Source: Sphaerodactylus townsendi
Taxonomy: Eukaryota
Direction: 5' to 3'
DNA: 64,000 nt
Assembly (NCBI RefSeq): GCF_021028975.2
Contig: NC_059439.1
Span: forward strand, 19,902,001-19,966,000
Part shown: positions 12,411-23,294 of the stretch, piece after piece
Layout of the letters: the number at the start of each line of letters is the position of its first letter
How positions within the stretch are numbered: the stretch's first letter is position 1
Program-made: the position numbers and the translations under genes
Notes under the pieces: model-generated
The model's input: only the letters and a program-made list of their open reading frames with translations
Told to the model about the DNA's origin: nothing
The model's database searches: none

Positions 12411-12687
12411 ATGGCCGACACCGTCTGCTGCAAATTGGTGGACTACTTGGAAGAACTGACGGAGGAGGAATTCAAGAAGTTTAAGATGCACCTTGAGGAA
12501 TATCCGCTCGAGGAAGGCTACAAGCCCATACGGCGCTGTAAGACCGAGAAAGCCGGTGCCATCGAAATTGCCCGGCTCATGGTCAGAGCATATGAGGAGG
12601 CCATGGCGTTGCAGATGACAGTCAAAATCTTGGACAGGATAAACAAGAAGGATCTGTCAGCAAAAGTCAAGCAGGAGATGCCAGCCC
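12411..12687 (+). CDS. Pyrin domain (PYD) exon, NLRP3/NLRP12-like; first coding exon of a PYD-B30.2 gene
   Basis: Acceptor cttttctccactccag ends at 12389; Kozak aagATGG at 12411. MADTVCCKLVDYLEELTEEEFKKFKMHLEEYP...TEKA...INKKDLSAKVKQEMP has the PYD signature (LE.L...EFKKFK..L). Donor gtaagt at 12688, phase 1. Confidence 0.92.
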
Positions 12688-12800
12688 GTAAGTAAAAGGA
12701 GCCAGACCACAACAAAACTGTATTTTCTGAGGTTCTGTTCCTTCATAGGCCTTTAGTTCAGGTCACTATGGAACCTACCTGACTCATCAATATGTGTAGT

Positions 12801-13106
12801 GGAGCAGCAGTGGCGTAGGAGGTTAAGAGCTCATGTATCTAATCTGGAGGAACCAGGTTTGATTCCCAGCTCTGCCGCCTGAGCTGTGGAGGCTTATCTG
12901 GGGAATTCAGATTAGCCTGTACACTCCCACACACGCCAGCTGGGTGACCTTGGGCTAGTCACAGCTCTTTTGAGCTCTCTCAGCCCCACCCACCTCACAG
13001 GGTGTTTGTTGTGATGGGGGAAGGGCAAGGAGATTGTAAGCCCCTTTGAGTCTCCTGCTGGAGAGAAAGGGGGGATATAAATCCAAACTCTTCTTCTTCT
13101 TCTTCT
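12801..13106 (+). mobile_element. tRNA-derived SINE, Squam3-like
   Basis: Full-length copy with A/B boxes and (CTT)n tail. Confidence 0.85.
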
Positions 13107-14879
13107 ATCATACAAGAAATACATGGAATTTCACATGCTGTGCCACCTCCAGCTAGCTTGTTGTTGTTGTTGTTGTTGTTGTTATTGATACAAAAACAGT
13201 TATACACAGCAAACAAGATCAATATACTGGATTTTGTATTACATCACACGTCGGATATTATTTATTAAATTTATAGGCCGCCTCATCCCCGAAGGGCTCG
13301 AGGCGGCTCACAACACGGCTGTTTCAACAGCAAATTCATACGACATAAAAATAACCCATTAAAACTCAGCAGCAATTAATAATGAATAATTAAAACAGCA
13401 AGATTGTGTAACACGTATACACGTATACAGAGGCGCCCGATCTAAAGGCCAAAGGAAAAAAGAAAAAGAAAGAAGAAAGAAAGGGAGGAGATAGGCAGGG
13501 CCAAGATTGTTGTGCCAAGATTAAAGATGTCCTGGTTTAGAGCTAGATGGGGACAGACGTAATGCGAACACCAGTTGCCTTGTAGTCTCATCTTGGTCTC
13601 TTAAGACCTATATTGTCTGCTTGGACTGGCCTTTGGTCTCAGAAGATTTCAGGTGTTTTTGTTTAGAAGTAGTGTTGTATGAGCAATCCTTTGCCTCAGA
13701 GAGAGCAAAGCCCAGTCTTTTAAAACTGCACTATACATTTTAAAAATGTATAGTGATGCATAGACATGAATAGTGGGGTAGATAGGTTCTATTCTGTGTA
13801 GAGAATGGCACAAGACAGTGGATGGAGTGGGTAAGAATTGCCTCTTTTGGGGGGAGGGCACAACTGTTGTTCGTACTTCGAAATCCAAATCACACACAAA
13901 GACAGTAATTTGCCAAATAATAAGGTACTTATGTCATAGAAACTTCCGGGTTTTTTTTCCTATGCCGAATATTTACCCTTAAACCCTTCAGTTTCGGCAC
14001 CTGGCCTTTAAGCATCAGAATGAGATAAAATCTTTAGCATCATTATTTTTTTTAAAAAAAAAACCTATTTTCTGTATTGGATCTTAATTTAACCCCACTT
14101 TTTGTCAGTGGGGAGGGGGGTTCCGATTTATCTAGATAATTCTATCAAATGTTTCCAATTGTCCATGAACTTAAGTTATTTTCTTTAAGTAGCAAAGTTA
14201 ACTTGGCCATCTCGGCCAGCCTTCTTCACACACCATTCTTCAATTGTAGGAATAGCTGGGGTTTTCTATTTCTGCGCATTCAATATTCCTGTTACTGCTG
14301 TCATGTATAAAAACAAAATCTCCATGTTTTCTTTCTAGAGATCTGTCCCTAAGAATTGTGTAGCAAAGCAACAAGCACAGCCTGTTTATTGTTTTATGAG
14401 CTGATTGTCTGGAAATGCTCACCTTTTGGTTTTGAAACCAGATCTCTTATCCTGATTGCATCCACTTGTTAATCCGAGTGGTGCAAGAGACATTTCTCTT
14501 ATTTTGAAAACAATAGAAGCAGGGACATATGAAGCTGCCTCCTGCTGAGTCAGGTGATTGGTCTGTCAAAGCCACTATTGCCTTCTCTGACTGGCAGCAG
14601 CTCTCCACAGTTTCAGGAAGAGGTGTTCTCTCATGCCTAGTATCTGGTCCTTTTAACCATTGGATCTGTTGAGGACTGAACCTGGCCAATAAGATTCTCT
14701 AGCACTGAGACATGTTCCCTTTCCCTAAAAAGCAGAAAGATGTTGTGCGTGTGTGCGTAAGATATAGATAAATATACAAACACCATGTGTTTGTAGTATT
14801 TCAAATTAAATATTTAAAATATCTGTATTTGTATATGATATTTATTTCATTAACAAGAACAGCCATTTGTTTCTGACAG

Positions 14880-14990
14880 GCTTCTTTCAGCCTGCAAAGC
14901 CAGTGCCTGTGACCAAGGAAGAAAAACAAAAACAGAAAGAGAAGACAGAGTCGGATATGTATGAGCGGTTCTTCGGGACTCCAAAGAAAG
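14880..14990 (+). CDS. Charged linker exon of the PYD-B30.2 gene
   Basis: Acceptor tttgtttctgacag ends at 14879; donor AAG|gtctgt at 14991. 111 nt, phase 1/1, open: (R)FFQPAKPVPVTKEEKQKQKEKTESDMYERFFGTPKK. Joins both neighbouring exons in frame. Confidence 0.75.
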
Positions 14991-15026
14991 GTCTGTTTCT
15001 GGGGGGAAATTCAGAAGCTTCTAGGT

Positions 15027-15500
15027 CAGTGATGGCAAACCTTTTTGAGACCGAGTGCCCAAATTGCAACCCAAACCCCACTTATTTATCGCAAAGTGCC
15101 AACCTGGCAATTTAACCTGAATGCTGAAGTTTTAGTTTAGAAGAAACCGGTTGGCTCTCTTTTCCTCTGCCCCACCTGCTCGAGCAGGGACCAGCCTGCT
15201 CTAGCCACCAGCAAGTCCCACATGCACTGCTCTGTGCCTCTCTAGCATGTCTGCCTCCTCTGCGCCCGCCCCCCCCCCCAGGCAGCAGCCACCCGGAGCA
15301 CAGGCACCAGGCCCACCAGTCAACTTTCTTGTTCACCGTGGTGCACGCACGTCTTGCTCAGTGGCCCAGGCCAGCCTAGATGTGTGTGTGGGGGGGTGTG
15401 ATTTTCCGCCCCCCCACATGACAAACTCTGTGTGTGTGTGCCCACAGAGAGGGCTCCGAGTGCCACCTCTGGCACCCATGCCATAGGTTCGCCATCACTG
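15027..15500 (+). mobile_element. hAT-type MITE (CAGTGATGGC family)
   Basis: TIRs CAGTGATGGCAAACC / GGTTCGCCATCACTG; perfect TSD ttctaggt. Second copy at 52636-53113. Confidence 0.9.
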
Positions 15501-15716
15501 TTCTAGGTGGAGGTCACTGTAGAAAGGCTGCAGGCAACTTGGCCTTCCAAATGCATGTTAGCCCTCTGTTTTGAGAAACATGCAGTTCGATCTCGTCAGA
15601 CATTGGTCCTTGGATGGAAGACCATCAAGGAAAGCTCTGCCGGTGAAGGCAATGGTAAATTATGGCCAATTGTGCATGGAGCATCTCCTTGCCTCAAACA
15701 GCATTCCTTTGGCTCA

Positions 15717-16017
15717 GAGAGCCAGCGTGGTGTAGTGGTTAAGAGCAGGTGGATTCTAATCTGGAGAAACGGGTTTGATTCCTCACTCCTCCACCTGAGT
15801 GGCAGAGACGTGTCTGGTGAACCAGATGTGTTTCTGCACTCTTCCATTCCTGCTGGGTGACCTTGGACTAGTCACAGTTCTCTCTGAACTCTCTCAGCCC
15901 CACCTACCTCACAAGGTATCAGTTGTGGGGAGAGGAAGGGAAAGGAGCTCGTAAGCCCCCTTAAGTCTCCTTACAGGAGAGAAAGGTGGGGTATAAATCC
16001 AAACTCTTCTTCTTCTC
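15717..16017 (+). mobile_element. Squam3-like SINE
   Basis: Full-length copy; its 3' part is tandemly duplicated (15899-16182). Confidence 0.8.
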
Positions 16018-16182
16018 TAGATTTTCAATTATGCAACTGACCCACCTACCTCACAAGGTATCAGTTGTGGGGAGAGGAAGGGAAAGGAGCTCGTAAGCCC
16101 CCTTAAGTCTCCTTACAGGAGAGAAAGGTGGGGTATAAATCCAAACTCTTCTTCTTCTCTAGATTTTCAATTATGCAACTGA
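15899..16182 (+). repeat. Perfect 142-bp tandem duplication
   Basis: 15899-16040 equals 16041-16182 (SINE tail plus unique flank). Confidence 0.9.
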
Positions 16183-16921
16183 TCCAATGTATTCTCTGGG
16201 ATGGATTTTCAATTATGGAACTGTTCCTAAACCACCACACTTTCTGAAGGAGAATCCCCACATTTTCCAATTCCCTGACCATTTTTTTCCCTCTTTGCAT
16301 GGAAAGCGGAGCAGAACACCTTCTTCTATTTCTACTTCTCACTTGCCTTGAAAGCCCCTTGCCGAGGTCACCGTAAGTTGGCTGCAGCTTGCAAGCACTT
16401 TGTGCACACAATCCGGATCCCATTGCAGGACTGAGGAAAAGACTTCTCAAACTGCTGGCCATCTTGCTGAAGCATTCAGCAGCAGCAAAAAGAAAATCAA
16501 GTAGTAAACCACAGAGTAGAAGCAGTGAAAACCGGAAGCAGAGCCATTGAGGCCTGGAAAGAGACGATTGTTAGTGTTTGGCACCTAAAACAGCAGTGGG
16601 GTGTCACGGGCATAATGGTGGGAAGAGAGCTGCCACCGGTTCCTCGCAAGCACAAAGCCCTCAAGCAACCAACAGAGAAAACCAAATGTTTTCCCTCCAG
16701 AATGGCCAGCATTTACAGTGGCTTGCTATGTCGGGAAGAGCATTTTTTTAAAGGTGCATATAATAATAATAATTGTGTGGCATCAAGTTGTGACTGACTC
16801 ATGGTGACTCCAGAACTATGGGGTTTTCAAGGCAAGAGATGACCAGCAGAGGGGATTGCCAATACCTTCCTCTGCATAACACCCCCATTCTTTCTCAGTG
16901 GTGTCCCATCCAAGAACTAAT

Positions 16922-17160
16922 CATAAGAACATAAGAACAAGCCAGCTGGATCAGACCAGAGTCCATCTAGTCCAGCTCTCTGCTACTCGCAGTAGCCCAC
17001 CAGGTGCCTTTGGGAGCTCACGTGCAGGATGTGAAAGCAATGGCCTTCTGTGGCTGTTGCTCCCGAGCACCTGGACTGTTAAGGCATTTGCAATCTCAGA
17101 TCAAAGAGGATCAAGATTGGTAACCATGAATCGACTTCTCCATAAATCTGTCCAAGCCCC
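16922..17160 (-). mobile_element. CR1 3' tail in the last intron of the PYD-B30.2 gene
   Basis: cataagaacataagaacaagccagctggatcagacc..., same family as 45563 onward. Confidence 0.85.
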
Positions 17161-17622
17161 TAATCATGGCCAACCTCACATAAGCTTTAAAGTTCTGATG
17201 AGATTTCACTACTGGGGGCTACTCAAGCTGCTAAAACCTGCATATATACATTTATGCAAATACACATTCATCCTTCACCTTACAAGAAGATTTTTAAACA
17301 ACTGCTTTGTAGAATGGGGTGTACATGTGAGTGTTAGGGACGTCACTGATGCTAGCCAAGCAGCATGTGCAGTGTCCGTTTTTCCCATGCCCATCTTGAA
17401 ACCAAACCAAACCTCCATAGAACATTTTTTTTAAAACTTCCACCGGAAAGAGAGAAAGTGTATATAGGCTTGGAAGGTAGCACGGATATTATCAAACACC
17501 TCCACCACTGATAAAATAGTACATTCGTCTCCACCAATCCTAGTCTGATTTGAAAATATGTAAACAATAGTTTCTTAAGCTGATGAACATGGAAACACTC
17601 CCCTTTTTCCCTGTCTCTTTAG

Positions 17623-18143
17623 TGGAGGTAACACTGGATCCCAAAACAGCCTTCCCCACGCTTATCCTTTCTGAAGACCGGAAGAGCGTCCATCTGGGAG
17701 AAAGAGCCCAACCTCTGCCTGATAACCCTGAGCGATTCAATTTCTTACCCTGTGTTCTGGGAGCCGAAGGCATCACCTCTGGGACCCTGGAATGGGTGGT
17801 GAACGTGGGCAAGGCCAAAAGCTGGTCCATCGGTGCCGTTCGGGAATCAATTGATAGAAAATGGTACCTCTACATAACAGCCGAACAGGGGTTTTGGGTA
17901 CTGCAGCTGCATGAAGGAGAGTACACAGTCTCAACTACCCCATTCACCAACCTTTTCTTGTGGAAGTCGCCACAGAGAATCAGAGTGCATCTGGACTACG
18001 ACCGTGGTATCCTCTCCTTTTATGATGGTGACTCCATGGAGCACCTCTTTAGCTTCAACTATCCATTTTCCGAAAGGATGTTTCCCTTTTTTCAGGTCTG
18101 GGATACTGAGATCCCCTTGCAAATATGCCCCAGTGATTCCTAG
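17623..18143 (+). CDS. PRY-SPRY (B30.2) terminal exon of the PYD-B30.2 gene
   Basis: Strong acceptor ccctttttccctgtctctttag ends at 17622, phase 1. Motifs VTLDPKTA.PTLILSEDRKSV, LPDNPERF..LPCVLG.EG.TSG, GFWVLQL and RIRVHLDYDRGILSFYD. Stop TAG at 18141-18143; AATAAA at 18462-18467. Confidence 0.93.
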
Positions 18144-18959
18144 AGATAACATAATCAAGTCATTGCCAAAGGCTTTCATGGACGGAAACAACTGAGCGGT
18201 GTGGGTTTCCCGGGCTGTGTCTGATGGCTTTTGCTCTTGTTTCGCCTGCATCTATGGCTGGCATCTCCAGAGGCATGTCATAATAAGATGGGCTATGATG
18301 TATGGCCGAACAGCCTCATATCTTTGTGGCACCGGGATCATACACTTTATCAGTTTTCGCCAGCATGGCCGAGGTGGCCACGCTGGAAGGGGCTGATGGG
18401 ACTTGTAGTCCATAACATCTGGCGTGCCAAAGGTTCGCCACCACAGGCTAAGGAGAGGAGAAATAAATCTTATCGTGACCTGAAGAGATGCAGGTGAGAT
18501 AGTAGGGGGAGGTGAGATAGTAGGAGCAAAAACTACCAGACTATTATATGTAGTCAGTATAATAGTGGGAGGAGAGTTGCCACCACAGAAATCCTTCCAG
18601 TTCCTTCCAACCCTATGAAAACTCAGTAGGGTTTCTGATAATGGTAATATTGGAGCATGTATGTAGAAACTGTCCTGAGTCCTGCTTTCTTGGGGGAAAG
18701 GCAGGATAAAATCTCAAAACTAAAATAAACTAATGATTAGCAGTCCCTCTTGTCTTATGTTATGCACAAAGTTTTTGCATGTACTATTCATTGCTGCAAA
18801 TCACTGTGCGGAATAATTACAGGGATATGTGGACCAGCCCGTATATCACAACTTCTATACCCCTTCTGCACAGGCAGAATAATGCACTTTCAATCCACTT
18901 TCAATGCACTTTGAAGCTGTGCGGAAAAGCAAAATTCACTTGCAAACAATTGTGAATGT

Positions 18960-19248
18960 GGGGTGCTGTGTGGTTTCCGGGCTGTATGGCAAGATGTGGG
19001 GTGCTGTGTGGTTTCGGGCTGGCATGGCGTTCCTGGCAACATTCTCTCCTGGCCGTTTCACCTGCATCTGTGGTTGGCATCTTCCAAGGAGGATCTGATT
19101 ATAACAAGATCCTCTGAAGATGCCAGCCACAGGGCTGGCAAACGTCAGGAGAGAATGTTCAGATCCTCTGAAGATACTCAACCGGACCATACAGCCCGGA
19201 AACCACACAGCACCCCAGTGATTCCAGCCGTGAAAGCCTTCGACAATA
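18960..19248. mobile_element. Degenerate inverted Penelope termini inserted in a MITE
   Basis: Same arms as 8901-9138, with several indels. Confidence 0.7.
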
Positions 19249-20169
19249 AATTGTGAATGTGAATTGGAAGTGCATTATTCTGCCTGTCATGTATAAAAGG
19301 AAGGGGGGTATAATGCCTGTCTCTTTGTAGAAGCGCAAATCCCACTGTTTTTGACATCATACTAGAATTTATAGTTTAGACTCATTCTGTTAGGCTTAAC
19401 ACGTTTAAAAGAAACTGGCAGTTTGAGGATGTGCCCAGCAATGACAGCCTTAGTTGTACATCAAAAATATTTTTGGTCTGTTCATGTAAAAGTCGATTTT
19501 ATTATAAATATACAAATAAGTAAACACATAATATTTTCTAATTTGTTTTTCTTCTTCTAAGATTGAAATATATCTTGTCAAAATATTTTAGAGCTAGATT
19601 TCTGTCAGTAGCACATTAGAGACCAACAAAATTTTCAAAATATAATCTTTCAAGAGTCAAAATTTCCTTTAAGAACAGAATGCTAGATGGGATAAAAGAA
19701 GATAGAGTGGGGAGCTCTCTCTCAAAGTGGTATTACATTTATATGTTAATTTATTAAAGTATCAAGTTCCATCCGGTTGTTGTGTTTTATTTTCATGGTT
19801 AGGTAATTTACCTGTTTATAATTGTTGTGGGTTTTTTGTTTTCCTGTTTATCTTTTTCTTCCCTATATTTTGAGAAAATAAGTATATTTTTATGCAAAAG
19901 CAACTCAGCATCCCTGCGTATCTTTATGTCGTCATTGTGCAACTCTCTTATTTAAGAATTTATACCTTTTTAAAACCCATCAATTCCTCATTCTTCATCA
20001 GTAGACCTAAAAAGAACACATTTGTTCCAAGGTAAGTATGCACAGAATGGCACCCCGACAGAGCCATCCTATGCAGCGCTACACTGTTCTTGAGTCCATT
20101 GACATCAACAGTCTTAGAAAAGCAACACTCTATTTAGGAGGACACTAGCCAACCCTCCCACAATCAATA

Positions 20170-20468
20170 AGAAGAAGAAGAGGAGTTTGGATTTATATCC
20201 CCACTTTCTCTCCTGTATGGAGACTCAAAGGGATTTACAATCTCCTTTCCCTCCCCCACCCCCCCAACAACACCCTGTGAGGCGGGTGGGGCTGAGAGAG
20301 CTCCAAAGAACTGTGACTAGCCCAAGGTCACCCAGCTGGCATGAGTTGGAGTGCGCAAGCTAATCTGGTTCACCAGGTAAGCCTCCACAGCTCCAGTGGC
20401 AGAGCAGGGAAACAAACCTGGTTCTCCAGAATAGAGTGCACCTGCTCTTAACCTCTACACCACGCTGG
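20170..20468 (-). mobile_element. Squam3-like SINE (unit-B copy at about 28953-29250)
   Basis: Same family, directly downstream of the OR stop codon. Confidence 0.8.
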
Positions 20469-20528
20469 AAAACTCTGTCCACTTCACCCAACCACAGTGT
20501 TACAAATGCACAGAGTGATCATTGCCTT

Positions 20529-21464
20529 TCATTGCCGTCTCCTTCTGATTTTAGACAAGGCGCCTTTGACTTCCTTGTTCCTGAGGCTGTAAATGAGAGG
20601 ATTGGAGTAATGGAGTGTAACCAATTGCATAAAAGAAAGTAGTATCTTGTCACGGGTTGAACTACAGAGTTGCGTTGGGACTCAAATAAGCAAAGATAGC
20701 TGTGCCATAGCAGAGGGTGACCACGGTCAGGTGGGAGGTGCACGTGGAGAAGGCTCGGTGCCGGCCTTCTGAAGAGCGGATGCGCAAGATGGCTCCGATG
20801 ATATACACATAGGAAAGCATGACTAGACTACAGGGGATCAACAGCACAAGGACGCCAGCCACCATCAGTGAAATATCATTGACGAAAGTGTCCGAGCATG
20901 ACAGCTTGACCACAGCCAGGACTTCACACACAAAGTGATTGATGGTATTGAAGTGGCAGAAATGAAGGCACATGGTGAACGCAGTCTGCACCCCGGCATT
21001 GAGGAAGCCAACGAACCAGGAAGCGATTGCCAGTTGGATGCACACTCTCGGGCTCATGATGACCTTGTAATGCAGGCAAGTTGGCAGAGCGGCGACGATC
21101 TGTCGTAGGCCATGGCTGCCAACAAGATGAACTCGGTGCTGCCCAGGAACAAAGAGATGCAGAGCTGGGCCATGCATTGGTCAAAAGAGATAGTTTTGTG
21201 GCTGGTCAGGCAGTGGGCCAGCAACTGGGGCACCACACTTGTTGTGTAGCAGATGTCCAGGAAAGAGAGGTTGCTCAGGAAAAAGTACATAGGGCTGTTG
21301 AGCCGGGATGCGGCGCGGATGGTTGCTATGATGGTTTTATTGCCTGCCAGGGTGATGAGATACATGAAGAAAACCACCCCAAAGAGCCATAGATTAGTTC
21401 CTCGCACTCGAGAGAATCCCAAAAACACAAACTCTTGGACGCTTGTCTGATTGGGGGGTCTCAT
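20529..21464 (-). pseudogene. Olfactory receptor, class II family-2-like, frameshifted copy
   Basis: Same gene as 29312-30241 (MRPPNQTSVQEFVFLGFS..., MAYDR, KLSC, STCTSHL), but with several indels near 21075-21100 and 20600-20680 that split it over several ORFs. Confidence 0.85.
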
Positions 21465-21859
21465 CGTAGAGCTGAACGAGTGGAAACAGAATGGAAGTAT
21501 AACGCCTGGCTGGTACCTTGTGATTCGAATAGGTAGCCAATCTCCGTGGGATCTGGAAACCCTCCTGGAATTCGCCAGCTGATCTTCAGAAGACCAAGAT
21601 CAGTTCTCTAGGAGAAAATGGTGCTCGAGGGGTGACTTCATGGCATCACACCATGGGAACAGGAAAATAGGTTTGGAATATTATATTTGATACAAAAGAA
21701 TAAGGGATCTATATAAACTGAAAAGCAAGGAGTCTCCCTCTCAGTAGTAAAAAGTAACTGGTCAGAAAGTTACAAAGCAGGGAAGATCTTATCATATCAC
21801 TAAGGAATTGATAACATCCCGGTATAGGACTAAAAAGGCATGAGATAAAGCGTGTCTTA

Positions 21860-22002
21860 GGCTCATTCCGCACATGCAGAATAATGCACTTTCAAACTGC
21901 TTTCAGTGCTCTTTGAAGCTGTGCGGAATGGCAAAAATCCGCTTGCAAACAGTTGTGAAAGTGGTTTGAAAACGCATTATTTTGCGTGTGCAGAAGGGGC
22001 CC
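21860..22002. mobile_element. Palindromic MITE (GGCCCCTTCCGCACA family, Harbinger-like)
   Basis: TIR-bounded hairpin. Relatives at about 18860-19308, 27821-28099, 30586-30725, 46808-46957, 53511-53630, 54474-55098 (interrupted by a gap and a SINE) and 55256-55394. Confidence 0.7.
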
Positions 22003-22164
22003 TACAGTCCTAAAGGCATCCTCAGTCAAATAAGAGAGAATAAGATAATAAACACAGAAAGGAAGATGTCAAACGTTAGAGGAGAGATAAATCTAATCAG
22101 ATAATTAAAATGTGTTTTTCTATAGTTTAATGAACTCTGAAATGATAGTGAATACGAAAGGTAG

Positions 22165-23294
22165 TGTGGAGACGGGCCAGAATGTGTATAAAATTGTTTA
22201 ATCAAGGAAGATTGATTCAAATGAACCAGAGATTGCAATGAATCAAAATGGTGCTTCTGTGTAAGTGACCAGCAGAAACCTGCATGTTTGCAAAAAAAGG
22301 TCAAAAAGCCATGTTACCAGGTTTCTCAGTGAATATGCAGGCCAGCAAGATAACATCTTTGACATCTTGGCACTGAGGGCCTACGTGACAGCAGACAAGA
22401 TGCATTTTATATGACCTTGTTTTCTTGGTTAGGTTTTTGGGTTAGAACTAGCTAAACCAATGTGATTAGTTAAATTACAAAGTGGTTTTTCTATATAGTT
22501 AAATGAGCACAGAGAAATAATAATGGGAGATATTCACATGTATTAGTATTTCACTATAATTCTATTTTCTTAGAATCATTGTATAATTGTTAGAATCATG
22601 TTTTAACATTTCATGCTGGGGAATTGAAGAGAGGTTTTATGACCCAAAGGAATCCTGCATTGCCCTTTGGCGCATCTCTCTGAGCCAAACTAAAAGCAAA
22701 GCGAGTTTTCTTGAAGACAGTGAGCTAGTCCCTTTATATGGCAGTCCCCTTTGTATATGCGTATTAGGAGGCCATAAACCAACAGCACATGTAGTGTTTG
22801 AGTAACAGAATATACGTAGGAAATATAGGCTGCCTTCATGTGACCAGTTCTGACCAATTAGATTTTTTTAAGGTATATGGACTATAATACGTGAGAGTAG
22901 GGGAAAGGATTTTATGTGACGTCTTTATTTCTGCATCTATAAGAATTAAGACTCTTCCTCTAATTTCGCCATGCAAGCCTCCTTCTGGAGAGCCACCCAG
23001 GAGAAGTTGCAATCTCCTGTAACATTCTAAACATTGGATTAGCGCCTCTCCTTAGGGAGAGAGTCACTCTTCTGTAACTTATCTGTATTCTGTATAACGT
23101 TCTGAATTCTGGGTCTATATCACTCCGAGTGGGCACTGGGAGTGTTCACACTCTGTAACTCTGCTATATTCTGCCAAGTAAAACTGTCTGTTTGTTTCTC
23201 TAATATCAGATGCTCTTGTTTTTTATTTCTAGCTTAGTTTTTCTTTAAAACTAATCTTGCTGTGTAGGACCAGAGAAGCGGCTCTGGCCCCACA
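22165..23294. mobile_element. Solo LTR (1130 bp)
   Basis: TGTGG...CCACA termini; 4-bp TSD gtag (22161-22164 and 23295-23298). The empty site aaaggtaggcaaaag is present in unit B near 30881-30895. Confidence 0.88.

Noticed and set aside
12801-12880. tRNA gene-like A/B boxes
   Set aside because: These are SINE heads continuing into the SINE body and (CTT)n tail, not tRNA genes.
12411-18143. Naming the gene MEFV, NLRP3 or a TRIM
   Set aside because: No B-box/coiled-coil, NACHT/LRR or RING exon was found; orthology cannot be set without a phylogeny.
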